A stretch of DNA of 64,000 bases from positions 96,001-160,000 of the forward strand of contig CAVSGI010000011.1 in the NCBI GenBank assembly GCA_963727445.1, in the 5' to 3' direction. Source of the stretch: an uncultured delta proteobacterium (GTDB lineage Bacteria > Myxococcota_A > Polyangia > Polyangiales > B10-G4). Every line of letters begins with the position of its first letter. Positions within the stretch are counted from its first letter, which is position 1. Positions 1 through 9,832 of the stretch are shown here, piece by piece. The notes beneath the pieces are model-generated. The model made no database searches. It saw only the letters and a list, made by a program, of their open reading frames with translations, and was not told the DNA's origin. The position numbers were made by a program, and so were the translations under genes.

Positions 1-2
1 TG

Positions 3-338
3 CCAGCCGGCGGCGCAGTGGCCGTCGACGAGACACAGATCGCCTTCGTCGACGAGGTCACCGCGAACCGAGTGCTCGCGCGCGAGTTTCGAGCGCTCCC
101 CGTCTTCAGCGCCAACGAGCGTGAGGCGACCGACGGACACGAGGACCGCCGTGCGGTCGGGCCGGTGGGGGAGGCCGCGGTCTACGCGGTTCTGGTGACG
201 GCGACCATCACCAGCGCGGTCGCGCTCCTCTCCACGGCTGTCACCTTCGTCGGCACCTACTTCGGCTTCGTGTTGGCGGCCGGCGCGCTCCTCGGGCTCG
301 GATACGGCGGCGTTCGGGTGCTGCTCACGCGCGTGTGA
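3..338 (+). CDS. Membrane protein, C-terminal part (frame open at the window start)
   Basis: Frame open from position 3 to TGA at 336-338; two hydrophobic segments at the C-terminus. Confidence 0.6.
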   Translation, partial: PAGGAVAVDETQIAFVDEVTANRVLAREFRALPVFSANEREATDGHEDRRAVGPVGEAAVYAVLVTATITSAVALLSTAVTFVGTYFGFVLAAGALLGLGYGGVRVLLTRV

Positions 339-345
339 GGTCGCC

Positions 346-1623
346 TCAGGGCGTGGCGTCGGCGGCGATCTGCATCGGCGTGCGCACGTAGTCGAAGAGC
401 ATCACGGAGTCGATCGCCCCCTCGAAGGCGTCGCTTCCGGAGGGCGCGTCCGCGCCGATCATGAACGTACCGCTGGAGAGGGCCAGCGCGTTGGTCACGT
501 CCCCGTCTTCGGCCATCCCATCGAGGTAGAGCTGGGAGCTGTCCATCGTGGCCGTGCACGCGATGTGGTGCCAGTCCCCCGGCGCGACGCTCGTCGCCGA
601 GCGGAGCGTGGCGTCACCTCCCCCGCTGGTGGCCATGCGACAGCTCAAGGTTCCGTCGGCGTAGAGGAAGATCCCATAGGAACCATCGAGCTCGAGCAAA
701 CCGCGTCGACCCAGCGACGGGACCGAGTCCGGGCGGATCCACATCTGCCAGGTGCCGCTGGTGAAGCTGGGCGGGGTCACGCCGTCGGCGAGCTGGAGCT
801 GGTGGCCCATCGACATCTCGACCGCTTGGCCGCGCGCGGTCCCGCTGTCCGTGAAGGACGGAGCGGCCGCGGTCAGGTCGCGTCGCCCCGTCTCGTCGTC
901 GAGGTTCCCCTCGAAGAGCCAGCATGCGACGAGCCCGGTGTCCGTCGTGTCGCAAACCGACGGCGAGCCCCCGTCCGTCCCCGCGTCGGGCGCGGCATCG
1001 CTCCCGCCGTCGGTCGCCGCGTCGCTCATCGGTGCATCGACCGCGCCGTCCCCCGGCCCGGCGTCGACGACGCATCCGGACGTCGCGGGCGAGAGACACA
1101 CTCCGTCGGCGCACACGCCGCACGATCCGCAGTCCGCGTCACCACCGCACTCGGGCGTTCCGCACGAGGTGGGCAGCGCCGGCGAGCACTCGGGAGGTAC
1201 GCAGCGACCCCCGTGACAGGTCAGCGCCACGCCCCCTGCGTCGTCCGGACAGCTCACGCCGACGCAGTCGCGGGTGATCACCACGGTGATGCCGAGGTCC
1301 TCCTCGACGTGGAGTGACGTGTGGCGCTCCACCACCACCGCGCCGACGTCGTCGCGGAGCTGTACGACGAGCGCGTGGTCGCCCGCGTTGACGTCGGGGA
1401 GCTCGGCGATACGGCGTCCGGAGACGAAGTCGTCGCCCGCGAAGGCGGGCTGAATCGCTGCGGCCTCGCCATCGAGGAGCGCCTGCGCGGAGGCGAACTC
1501 CGTGCCCGGCGTCAGGTCGGTCTTGAGCTCCACCACCAACTCGATGGCGTTGCTCCCGTCACACCCCTGGACGGCGAGCAAGCTGGCGAGCGCGAGGAGC
1601 CACCGCTTCATCGCGCCCATCAT
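346..1623 (-). CDS. Cys-rich lipoprotein with C-terminal LamG/concanavalin A-like jellyroll domain
   Basis: Lipobox AVQG-C, Cys-rich middle, DAG-rich linker, LamG motifs (WHHIACT, LYLDG, FEGAIDSV). Confidence 0.8.
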   Translation of the reverse strand: MMGAMKRWLLALASLLAVQGCDGSNAIELVVELKTDLTPGTEFASAQALLDGEAAAIQPAFAGDDFVSGRRIAELPDVNAGDHALVVQLRDDVGAVVVERHTSLHVEEDLGITVVITRDCVGVSCPDDAGGVALTCHGGRCVPPECSPALPTSCGTPECGGDADCGSCGVCADGVCLSPATSGCVVDAGPGDGAVDAPMSDAATDGGSDAAPDAGTDGGSPSVCDTTDTGLVACWLFEGNLDDETGRRDLTAAAPSFTDSGTARGQAVEMSMGHQLQLADGVTPPSFTSGTWQMWIRPDSVPSLGRRGLLELDGSYGIFLYADGTLSCRMATSGGGDATLRSATSVAPGDWHHIACTATMDSSQLYLDGMAEDGDVTNALALSSGTFMIGADAPSGSDAFEGAIDSVMLFDYVRTPMQIAADATP

Positions 1624-1626
1624 ACG

Positions 1627-2777
1627 TCACGAACCGAGGCGGTTGACGGGGGAGGGGACGGGAAGGCTCGTCGCGTCCAGGCTGGTGCCGTTGTCGCGGT
1701 ATTCGACGCTCTCGGTGAGTCGCGACAGGTCGTAGCCCTCGACCTGGATGCAGGCGCCCAGCTCGCTATCGGTGATCTCCCCCGTCGTGAGATCGAGGGA
1801 GCCGTCATCAGCCACCTGCACCCCGCAGAGCACCGATCGCTCGACTACGAAATTCTCAGCGACGATGGCGCCCGACTCGTAGGTGCCGACCCCCGCGGTC
1901 GTCGCCGAGCTGGGGCAAACGCTCTCCGGGCATTCGGCGCGCTGGATGTCGCTCACCTCGAGGTCGCTGAGCATCAGCTGCGTCCCGGCGCTGAACGCGC
2001 CGATTCCGAGCTCGCGCACGTTCGTCACGGACACGCGCGTGAGGCTCACGACCGACCCGCTCTCGGCGCCGATCCCGCGTGCCGTCTGCCCGGTGATGTC
2101 GTCGCTCAGCATCTCGCGCACGATCACGTCCTCGCCGCTCACCATCGTGCCGTCGGTGAGCTGAATGCCCACCTCTCGGCTCCGCTCGACGGCGACGCGA
2201 TGCATCGTCAGCATCGCGTTCACCTGCGTCTGGATCCCGCGCCCGTTGGCGCCGTCGGGGCGTCCCCGGGTGTCGTGCAGGACGGCGTCCTCGAGCAGGA
2301 GCGTGGCGTCCTGGACGATCACCTCCGACTCGCCGTTGTCCGTGATGGAGACGCGCCGAGCCTCGGCGCTGGCACCATTTTGAATGGCGAGCCCGAAGCC
2401 GGAGGTGCCGTCGATCTCGTACACCTTCGTGCTCTCGAGGAGGGCGTCCTCGACGAGGAGTTGGGCTCCGTCGAAGAAGCCACCGCCGCGCATCCGGGCT
2501 CGCCCGGAAAGTGCGCCGTCACCCCCGTGCACTCCTCGCGGCCGCTCTCGGGCCAGGGCGCGCAGGTGGGCCACGAACCGCTGCTGTCCTCCCGCCAGCC
2601 GGTGGGGCACGGCGTGAGGACCGGCGGCATCGGCGCGTCCGGCGCGATGTCCATGCCGGTGTCCGGCATCCCGGTATCGGCCCCGGCGTCACCAGGGGCC
2701 GCGTCGTCACCGCATCCGGAGAGGGTCAGGGCGGTGAGCGCGGCAACCGACCGAGCGAGCCGACGCGACGAGGCCAT
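1627..2777 (-). pseudogene. Lipoprotein with beta-helix-like repeats, interrupted by a frameshift and probable deletion near 2480
   Basis: N-terminus (LSG-C...PCPTGW...HFPGEPGC) in ORF 2319..2777; C-terminal repeats (GFGLAIQNGA, GRGIQTQ, ARGIGAESG) in ORF 1627..2610. Confidence 0.65.
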
Positions 2778-2839
2778 GCGAGCGGATCGTATCAGGTCTC
2801 TGGCGACCCGTGAGCGCCCGCTGCTACCATCCCCTTCGC

Positions 2840-3355
2840 ATGAGCGAGGAACAGCAGCCGGCGACGCCGACCAAGAGGGCCGCGAGCCCCTCGGCGGCGG
2901 TGGTGCAAGCGCTCGGGGCCATCCATCTCTTCGACGGAATCGCCGAAGAGGGGCTGATGGCTCTCGCGTCGATCGCGCGCGAAGAGAGCTTTCGCGGCGG
3001 CGAGCTGATCTTCAAGGAGGGCTCCACGGGTGGTGAGCTCTATCTGATCCTCGAAGGCAAGGTGCGCATCTCTCGCGACGTCAGCGGAATGGGCGAGGAG
3101 GCCCTCGCTGTTCTGGGTCCCGGGGACGCCTTCGGCGAGATGAGCCTCATCGACGACTTCCCGCGCTCCGCCGATGCCAAAGTTCACGAACGCTGCCGGC
3201 TGCTCGTGCTCGAGAAGGACGCGATGGAGGACCTGCTCTTCCTCCAGAAGGACCTGGCGTACGAGATCCTGTGGAACTTCGTGAAGATCCTGTCCGCCCG
3301 CCTGCGCGAGACGAACGACAAGATGACGTTCCTCTCGGTGACCGGGAAGTTCTGA
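2840..3355 (+). CDS. Stand-alone cyclic nucleotide-binding domain protein (no HTH)
   Basis: IFKEG, LYLILEGKV, FGEMSL..PRSADA phosphate-binding cassette. Confidence 0.9.
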   Translation: MSEEQQPATPTKRAASPSAAVVQALGAIHLFDGIAEEGLMALASIAREESFRGGELIFKEGSTGGELYLILEGKVRISRDVSGMGEEALAVLGPGDAFGEMSLIDDFPRSADAKVHERCRLLVLEKDAMEDLLFLQKDLAYEILWNFVKILSARLRETNDKMTFLSVTGKF

Positions 3356-4188
3356 CGATCGACGCGTCGCCGAGAACGAGAGCGCAGTGCGCCGTGCACG
3401 TCGAGCGTGCCGCGGTCTTCACCTGCAGTCGCTGCGGCAGCTACGCCTGTGAGGCGTGTGCGTTCTCCTCGCTCGCGGGTCGCGAGATCTGCCGCGCGTG
3501 CGCGGCCGGTGGGCTCGCCGAGCCCATCCCCTGGGAGCGGCGCGCCGAGCTCGGGCGTATCCGCGCCTTCTGGGAGACGACGAAGATCCTCATGCGCTCC
3601 CCCATGGCGCTGTTTCGAACGCCGACCACCGAAAATGGAATGATGGGCGCCGCGATCTACGGGATCGCCGTCTACACCCTCGGGCAGCTGATCTCGATCG
3701 TGACGATCTTCGGGCTGCTGGCCATCGGGAGCCTGATCTTCGGCCTCGCCACGGAATCGGCGGAGCTGGCGGGCGTCGGGGCGGGGTACTCGGTCTGTTG
3801 GATGTTCCTGGCGATCCCGATCACCCTCGGCCAATCGCCGATCTACGGGATCCTGGGCATCGTCGGTGGGGGCGGTCTCACCCACCTCTCGCTTCGGCTC
3901 TTCAAGCAGGCCAAGGCGCCCTTCGAGACGACCATGCGCGTCGTGAGCTACGCGAACGCGCCCTACATCCTCTACGCGATCCCCGTCCTCGGCATGATGA
4001 TCGCGTGGTTCTGGGTGCTCTACCTCGAGGTGGTCGGGGTGCGTGAGGCCCATGGGATCTCCACCGACAAGGCCGCCGCGGCCGTGCTCCTCTGGCGCTT
4101 TCTGTTGATCGTCCTTTTCGTGGGCGCCTACGTCGCGATGATCTTCCTCGTCGCCGCCGCCGTCTCAGCCGGCGAGCGTCCCGTCTAG
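3352..4188 (+). CDS. YIP1-family membrane protein with N-terminal Cys/His zinc-finger-like domain; start probably CTG at 3352
   Basis: CAVH..CSRCG..CEAC..CRAC, IPWE motif, several TM helices; CTGA overlap with the upstream stop. Confidence 0.75.
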   Translation: MTIDASPRTRAQCAVHVERAAVFTCSRCGSYACEACAFSSLAGREICRACAAGGLAEPIPWERRAELGRIRAFWETTKILMRSPMALFRTPTTENGMMGAAIYGIAVYTLGQLISIVTIFGLLAIGSLIFGLATESAELAGVGAGYSVCWMFLAIPITLGQSPIYGILGIVGGGGLTHLSLRLFKQAKAPFETTMRVVSYANAPYILYAIPVLGMMIAWFWVLYLEVVGVREAHGISTDKAAAAVLLWRFLLIVLFVGAYVAMIFLVAAAVSAGERPV

Positions 4189-4189
4189 C

Positions 4190-5401
4190 TCAGCCTTCGA
4201 GCGCGGCTTCGCCGGCGAGCCAGCCGGTGGTGACGGCCACGCCGAGCCCGGTTCCGTCCGCGTGGCTCACGCCTTCGAGCAGCGAGCCACAGGCGAAGAG
4301 CGCGTCGTCGCGCGTCTCTCCGCCCTGGTCTCGCAAGCGGAAGTCCTCCGCGACGCGCACGCCACTTTCGAAAGCGGCCGCGGGCGAGCCGAGACGTCCC
4401 CACGCGCCGAAGTCGATCGCGGTGGCGGTGAGCGGCTCCTCGAGCGCACCGTCTTTGGCGACGATGCCGCCGGCGAGCGCCGAGCCGCTGGCGAGGATCA
4501 CCACGTCCCCTCGCAGCACTCCCTGGTCGGCGAGGCGCACCTTCCCGCGCGTGACCTCGACGGCGCGCCCTCGATGCTCGGTGACACCCGCCCCCTCGCG
4601 GGCGCGGGCGAAGCGCGCGTCGAGACGCGTTCCCTGGGCTCCTGCGCCTCCGCACGCGAGCTCGCCGACCTTTCGGCCGACGGCGTCCGACAGCGCGCGA
4701 GCGATTCCGTCGGGCGACAGGCCCAGGAGCGGCGGAAGGAGCCAAGCGTGGTCCCGGCGTTCGGGCAGAGCGCGGGCGAGCACCGCAGCGAGGCGCGCAC
4801 GGGCGTCCTCGGCGTCGCCGAGCGCCGCGGCTTCGTGGGGCCACATCAGCGCATCGCTCCGCCGGCCGAAGTACTCGATGGGAACATCGACGAAGGACAG
4901 ATCTGCGGCGCCCGGATCGCACGAGAGAGCCCGCGCGACGAAGCCGCCGTCGATGCTGGGATGACCACGGAGGCAGGCGACCGCGACGAGCCCGCCGGGG
5001 ACGTCGTCGAGCGCGAGCAGCTCTTCCTCGACGCTGGCGACGCGAACGACGACGCCGCGGTCGCTGGCGACGCGGATGCCCTTCGTGCTCGGATCGAAGG
5101 GGGCGTACCCGCCGATGGCGTCGAAGAGCGCCCGGTGGACGCGGGTCACGGATTCGACCGGGTCGGCGATGCGGGCATAGGGATGGGCGGGGCGCGCGCG
5201 CGCGATGGCGCGGATGCGATCGGCGGTGGTCTCGTCCCAGCCGGCGTCGCGGCTGCTCGCGCTCGCGACGTGCCAAGCGCCCGAACAGCAGTGGGTCGCG
5301 CCCCACGCTCCGTCGACGACGGTGACCTCCGCGCCCCCATGTCGGAGCGCGAGGCAGGCGGCCGTGCCCGCGGCGCCGGCGCCGACGACGATCGCTCTCA
5401 C
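4190..5401 (-). CDS. glpB: Anaerobic glycerol-3-phosphate dehydrogenase subunit B-like FAD protein
   Basis: GAGAAG Rossmann motif, GTRL, VILASGSALAGG, LFACGS, GLGVAVTTG; follows a glpA-like gene. Confidence 0.7.
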   Translation of the reverse strand: MRAIVVGAGAAGTAACLALRHGGAEVTVVDGAWGATHCCSGAWHVASASSRDAGWDETTADRIRAIARARPAHPYARIADPVESVTRVHRALFDAIGGYAPFDPSTKGIRVASDRGVVVRVASVEEELLALDDVPGGLVAVACLRGHPSIDGGFVARALSCDPGAADLSFVDVPIEYFGRRSDALMWPHEAAALGDAEDARARLAAVLARALPERRDHAWLLPPLLGLSPDGIARALSDAVGRKVGELACGGAGAQGTRLDARFARAREGAGVTEHRGRAVEVTRGKVRLADQGVLRGDVVILASGSALAGGIVAKDGALEEPLTATAIDFGAWGRLGSPAAAFESGVRVAEDFRLRDQGGETRDDALFACGSLLEGVSHADGTGLGVAVTTGWLAGEAALEG

Positions 5402-6730
5402 GCCTCGTCCTCCTCGTGGGCCGAGAGCCCGCCGCTGGCGAGGCGCGACAGGAGCAGCTCTTCACGCCCGAGGTCGGCCGCGTCGAGGAAAGGTGCGCGT
5501 CGCGCGAAGCCCTCACGCAGCCAGGTCCAGACCGCTTCGTTCAGGCCGGAGGCGTCGGCGCCGGTCTCGTCGCGGAGGACCTGGGCCGTCCGATGCGCGC
5601 AGTCGAGCCCCCGGCAGGCGCCGCCGCCGACGCCGGTGCGGCGGACGATATCCGATAGCGTGCGCGCGCCCTCGACACGGCACGCGTGTCGCACCTCGCA
5701 CTCCAGGATCGCCTGGCACGCGCAGAGCATCGCGCGCTCCCGAGGCGACTTCGCGGTGCGCCGCAGGACGTCCGCGGCGCGGCTGCCGTGGCGTGCGACG
5801 AGCGAACGCACCGCGAGCTCCGGCACCTCCCAGCGGTCGGCGAGCGGCGAGCTGGCGACGAGCACGTCACCCCCGGGCAGCGCGGCGTCCCGCCGGAGCG
5901 CCGACAGAATCTCGCCCCGCCTTGTGAGCGAAAGCGTCGGCTAGATAGGTCGCGACGTCGCGATGCAGGCCCGGGCTGCTCTCGCTCACACGCACCAGCC
6001 CCGGCGCCGCGTCCTGCCGCGCTTCGCCGGGCACCGCCACCGCGTACACCTCGGTCTCGAGGATGGGCGCGCCCGCCATGCCATGGGCCTCGAGGGCCCG
6101 GTGGACCGCTTCTTCCGCAGCGTCGGGCAGAACCAGACGCGCGCCGGCGGCGGTGGGATGACAGAGGACGCCGTCGATCAGCTTCCCGGCCTCGGGGGGT
6201 GGGACGTCCACGTCGATCACGCGCAGTCGGCGGATGTCGGGCGAGGCGAGCCCCACGGCGTTCAGGTCCGACGCCCCTGTCGCGACCACCACGCTCTCCG
6301 CATCGAGGGCGCGACCATCTGCGAGCTCGACCCGCTTGGTGCCCTCGCTCTCGGCGTCGCCGATCTCGGTGGCGGCCGTGCCGGTGAGCAGCACGGCGCC
6401 GCGCTCCACGGCGTCGATGACGTAGAGCTGCGTGAGGCGGGTGACGTCGACGATGCTCCCGAGCCCGAGCTCGCCCACGGGGACGATCGACAAGAGGTGC
6501 GGCGCGAGGTTCGCGAGGCCCGAGAGGGTCCGGGCGTCGCCGCCGGTCGGCAGGCCATCACCGAGGAGGATGGTGCCGACGCCGCTCGCGCCGGAGGCGA
6601 CTTCGCCGCGTTCCACCAGCGCGACCTCGAGCCCGCGGAGCGCGCACTCCCGCGCCACCGACGCGCCCAGGAGCCCGGCGCCGAGCACCACCACGTCGAA
6701 TCGCGGCGGGCTCTTGTCGGACTCGGGCAT
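5398..6730 (-). pseudogene. glpA: GlpA-like FAD oxidoreductase with C-terminal BFD-like [2Fe-2S] domain, frameshifted near 5900
   Basis: FDVVVLGAGLLG...ERGEVASGASG in one frame; LPGG...CAC...RRTGVGGGACRGLDC in another. Confidence 0.65.
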
Positions 6731-6761
6731 CGCTGGCGCAGAGTACCCCTTTCGCGAGCGC

Positions 6762-7670
6762 TCAGGCGGGTGCGCGTGAAAGACGGGTGGGCTCGGTCGG
6801 CAGCCGCGCGAGGTCGAAGGTCGCGACCAGCGCCTCGGCCGTGAGCTCGGTGCCTTCCGGGACCAGGCCGAGCGACGTCGCGAGCTCACCGATCACCTCT
6901 TCGGGGCGGACGCCGGCCTCGCGATGGGAGGCGATGCTGATCGACGCGACGCGCTTCGAGAGCCGCTCGCCTTCGGCGTCGAGGACCAGGGGGACGTGCA
7001 GGTAGCGCACCTCGGCAAGGCCCAGGGCGCGGATCAGCGCGATCTGACGCGGCGTGGATGGGACGAGGTCCGCGCCGCGCACCACCTCGGTGACGCCCTG
7101 CGCCGCGTCGTCCACCACCACCGCGAGCTGATAGGCCCACTCACCGGTCGCGCGCTTCAGCACGAAGTCGCCGCCGAAGGGCGTCGGGTCGATGGGCCCG
7201 AGGAGGAGATCTTCGAAGGCGGGCGGGGGCTCTTCGAGGCGAAACCGGAACGACGCCGGCCGCTCCGGTTGCGTCGGGCCTTCGCGGCACGTGCCTGGAT
7301 AGCGCAGACCGAGACCCGGCACGCCGTGCGGTGCGCTCGACGCTTCCTGAATGTCCTTGCGGCTGCAGGTGCAGCGATAGACCAGCCCCGCCGCCTCGAG
7401 CTGATCGAGCGCCGCCTGATACGCGTCGCCGCGCTCGGACTGCACCATCGGCTCCGAGTCCCAGCTGAGACCGAGCCACTCCAGATCCCGATAGATCGCC
7501 GCGGCCGCGCCGGGCACCACCCGCGGCGGATCGAGATCCTCCATGCGCATCACGATCGATCCGCCGGCGCTTTTCGCGCGAAGCCACGCGACCAGGAAGG
7601 TCCGCGCGTGGCCGAGGTGGAGCTCGCCCGTCGGCGAAGGCGCGAATCGGCCGCGATAAGTCGAGCTCAC
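6762..7670 (-). CDS. gluQ: Glutamyl-Q tRNA(Asp) synthetase
   Basis: GRFAPSPTGELHLGH, CTC...YPGTC zinc site, YQLAVVVDD, LSKR; about 300 aa with no anticodon-binding domain. Confidence 0.92.
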   Translation of the reverse strand: MSSTYRGRFAPSPTGELHLGHARTFLVAWLRAKSAGGSIVMRMEDLDPPRVVPGAAAAIYRDLEWLGLSWDSEPMVQSERGDAYQAALDQLEAAGLVYRCTCSRKDIQEASSAPHGVPGLGLRYPGTCREGPTQPERPASFRFRLEEPPPAFEDLLLGPIDPTPFGGDFVLKRATGEWAYQLAVVVDDAAQGVTEVVRGADLVPSTPRQIALIRALGLAEVRYLHVPLVLDAEGERLSKRVASISIASHREAGVRPEEVIGELATSLGLVPEGTELTAEALVATFDLARLPTEPTRLSRAPA

Positions 7671-7697
7671 GGTTGCGTTCTAGCGCTCCCTGTGGCT

Positions 7698-8471
7698 ATG
7701 AACCAGACCGTGCGCGGTGGGCCCGATACGGTCTGTGGGTGCTTTCCCACGGGGAGGCATTACCCGGGCATCGCCGAGCGGATCGCGCGGGCGGTGGTCG
7801 AGGTCAAAGGCCTCGCCAAGGAGCTCGCCGCAGACGCGGATTGGCGCACCTCGAAGTTCGTGGTGATCGACTTCGAGACCACCGGCCTCGATCCCAACCT
7901 CGACCGCGTCCTGGAGATGGGCCTGGTCACTTTCGAGGAGGGTGAGCTGGTCCTGCGCAAGAACTGGCTGATCGATCCGCAGATCCCGGTGCCCGAAGAG
8001 GCGCGGCGCATCCATGGCATCAGCGACGAGGACCTCGCCAATGCGCCGAAGTTCGACGAGGTCTTCCCCGAGGTGTTGAGCCTCCTCGATGGCCACGTGC
8101 CGGTCGCCTACAACGCCGGCTTCGACAAGAAGTTCTTCCACGCCGAGTACGGACGCCTGGGCGCCGTTGCCCTCGACGCCAACCCCCCGCCGGCCGTGCG
8201 TGACGACGTCGTGTGGATCGATCCGCTGGTCTGGGTTCGCGAGCTGCAGAAGTACGAGAAGGGCAAGAAGCTCACCGACGTCTGCCAGCGCCTCGGCATC
8301 GACATCGGTCAGGCACACCGCGCCGCCGACGATGCGACGGCCACCGGCAAGGTGCTCCTCGCGCTGGCCAAGGACATGCCCCGCACCTACGGCGAGCTGA
8401 TCCGGATCCAGACGCAGTACGAAGCGATGCAGGAGGCGGAGCTCGTCACCTGGCGCGCGCGGCGGAACTGA
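7698..8471 (+). CDS. DEDDh 3'-5' exonuclease (DnaQ/epsilon-like)
   Basis: ExoI IDFETTG, ExoII AYNAGFD, ExoIII HRAADD. Confidence 0.88.
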   Translation: MNQTVRGGPDTVCGCFPTGRHYPGIAERIARAVVEVKGLAKELAADADWRTSKFVVIDFETTGLDPNLDRVLEMGLVTFEEGELVLRKNWLIDPQIPVPEEARRIHGISDEDLANAPKFDEVFPEVLSLLDGHVPVAYNAGFDKKFFHAEYGRLGAVALDANPPPAVRDDVVWIDPLVWVRELQKYEKGKKLTDVCQRLGIDIGQAHRAADDATATGKVLLALAKDMPRTYGELIRIQTQYEAMQEAELVTWRARRN

Positions 8472-9370
8472 TGGCGCAGCAATGGACGTCCCGCCGTCAG
8501 GTGGGTGTCTACCTGGCCATCGTCTTCACCGTCAGCTGGGGATTGGCGATCGGGTACTGGGCCTTCGGCGGAAGGTGGGGAGCGCCTGCGTCGATCGCGG
8601 TGGCGCTGGTCTTCATGATGCCGCCGGCGTTCGCGACGCTGATCATCAAGGGCGCGATCCTGCAGGAGCCGGTGCTGGAGACGCTCGGTATCAAGCTCTC
8701 CCTCAATCGCTGGTGGCTCGTCGCCTGGCTGGTCCCGCCGCTGGCCTTCGGACTCTCGGTGGCGATCGGCGCCCTGATCCCGGGCCAGGAGCTCTCGCTC
8801 GGCGTCGACGACTTCATCGCGTACTTCCTGCCGCAGGTTCCTGCGGATCAGCACGAGACCTTCATCGCCGAGGTGCGCGGGTACGGGATGCATCCGGCGA
8901 TCGGGATGGTCCTGCAGGCGATGGTCGCCGGGATGACCATCAACGGTGTACGCGGCCTCGGCGAGGAGCTCGGCTGGCGCGGGCTCATGTACCGGGAGGT
9001 GCGTGGGAGCTTCTACCGCAAGGCGCTGATCATCGGCGGCGTGTGGGGCGTCTGGTATGCGCCGCTCGTGCTCCAGGGATATCGCTATCCGGGCGCCGAG
9101 ATCGCGGGCGTGCCGATGTGCGTGGCCTGGTGCCTCCTCGCCGGCGCCATCGCCCTCGAGATACGCGAACGGAGCGGGAGCGTGATCCCGACCGCGATCC
9201 TCTACGGAACCTTCGAGGGACTCGCGAAGCTGCCACCGCTCACCAGCGGCGGAAGCGCGATCACCATGGGGATGTACGGCCTGCCGGGGTGCGTCGGGCT
9301 GGCGCTGCTCCTCCTGATGCTCCGCTGGGAGAAGGACTTCAGCTCGACTTCTCGAGGTTCGCAGCGATGA
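8471..9370 (+). CDS. CPBP (Abi/CAAX type II) intramembrane protease-family protein with degenerate His motifs
   Basis: GEELGWRG motif, multiple TM helices, TGATG overlap with the upstream gene. Confidence 0.85.
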   Translation: MAQQWTSRRQVGVYLAIVFTVSWGLAIGYWAFGGRWGAPASIAVALVFMMPPAFATLIIKGAILQEPVLETLGIKLSLNRWWLVAWLVPPLAFGLSVAIGALIPGQELSLGVDDFIAYFLPQVPADQHETFIAEVRGYGMHPAIGMVLQAMVAGMTINGVRGLGEELGWRGLMYREVRGSFYRKALIIGGVWGVWYAPLVLQGYRYPGAEIAGVPMCVAWCLLAGAIALEIRERSGSVIPTAILYGTFEGLAKLPPLTSGGSAITMGMYGLPGCVGLALLLLMLRWEKDFSSTSRGSQR

Positions 9371-9683
9371 CCGACTCGAGATCGGCGATGGGCTCTTCGA
9401 ACTCGACGGCCAGCCGGCGCGGCCACAGGCCCCCGGGGTCGTCCTCGTTCGGTGCCACGCGAACGACCTTGCCTTCGACGACCCTGCCCTCCTTCGCGTA
9501 GTCGGGAGGCGCGCGGAAGGTCACTGACAAGGTGTCTCCCTCCTCGACGTGAATCGCGGAGCCGATGAGAAGCCCGCATTCGCTCGCATCGAAGCTGATG
9601 GCGAGCCCCTCCTCGTCAGCGGTGCTCACGCGCATGGGAAACCACACGCGAAAGCGCTCGGTGGATCGACGATCGTCGGACAT
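9339..9683 (-). CDS. PilZ domain protein
   Basis: RxxxR (RSTER) and DxSxxG (DASECG) motifs, GKVVRV, LAVEF. Confidence 0.85.
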   Translation of the reverse strand: MSDDRRSTERFRVWFPMRVSTADEEGLAISFDASECGLLIGSAIHVEEGDTLSVTFRAPPDYAKEGRVVEGKVVRVAPNEDDPGGLWPRRLAVEFEEPIADLESVIAANLEKSS

Positions 9684-9832
9684 GGCCCCGGAGCATAGGC
9701 GCTTTCGAGGACGGCGCCAGCGGGACGCGCAAGCATCTGCACGGCCCGTGCAACCAGCTGCCCGCTCTGCGTCGCGAAACCACCCGACAGCAGCGCTCCG
9801 GTTGTGGCACGATTGATGAGGGGGGGATGTGC

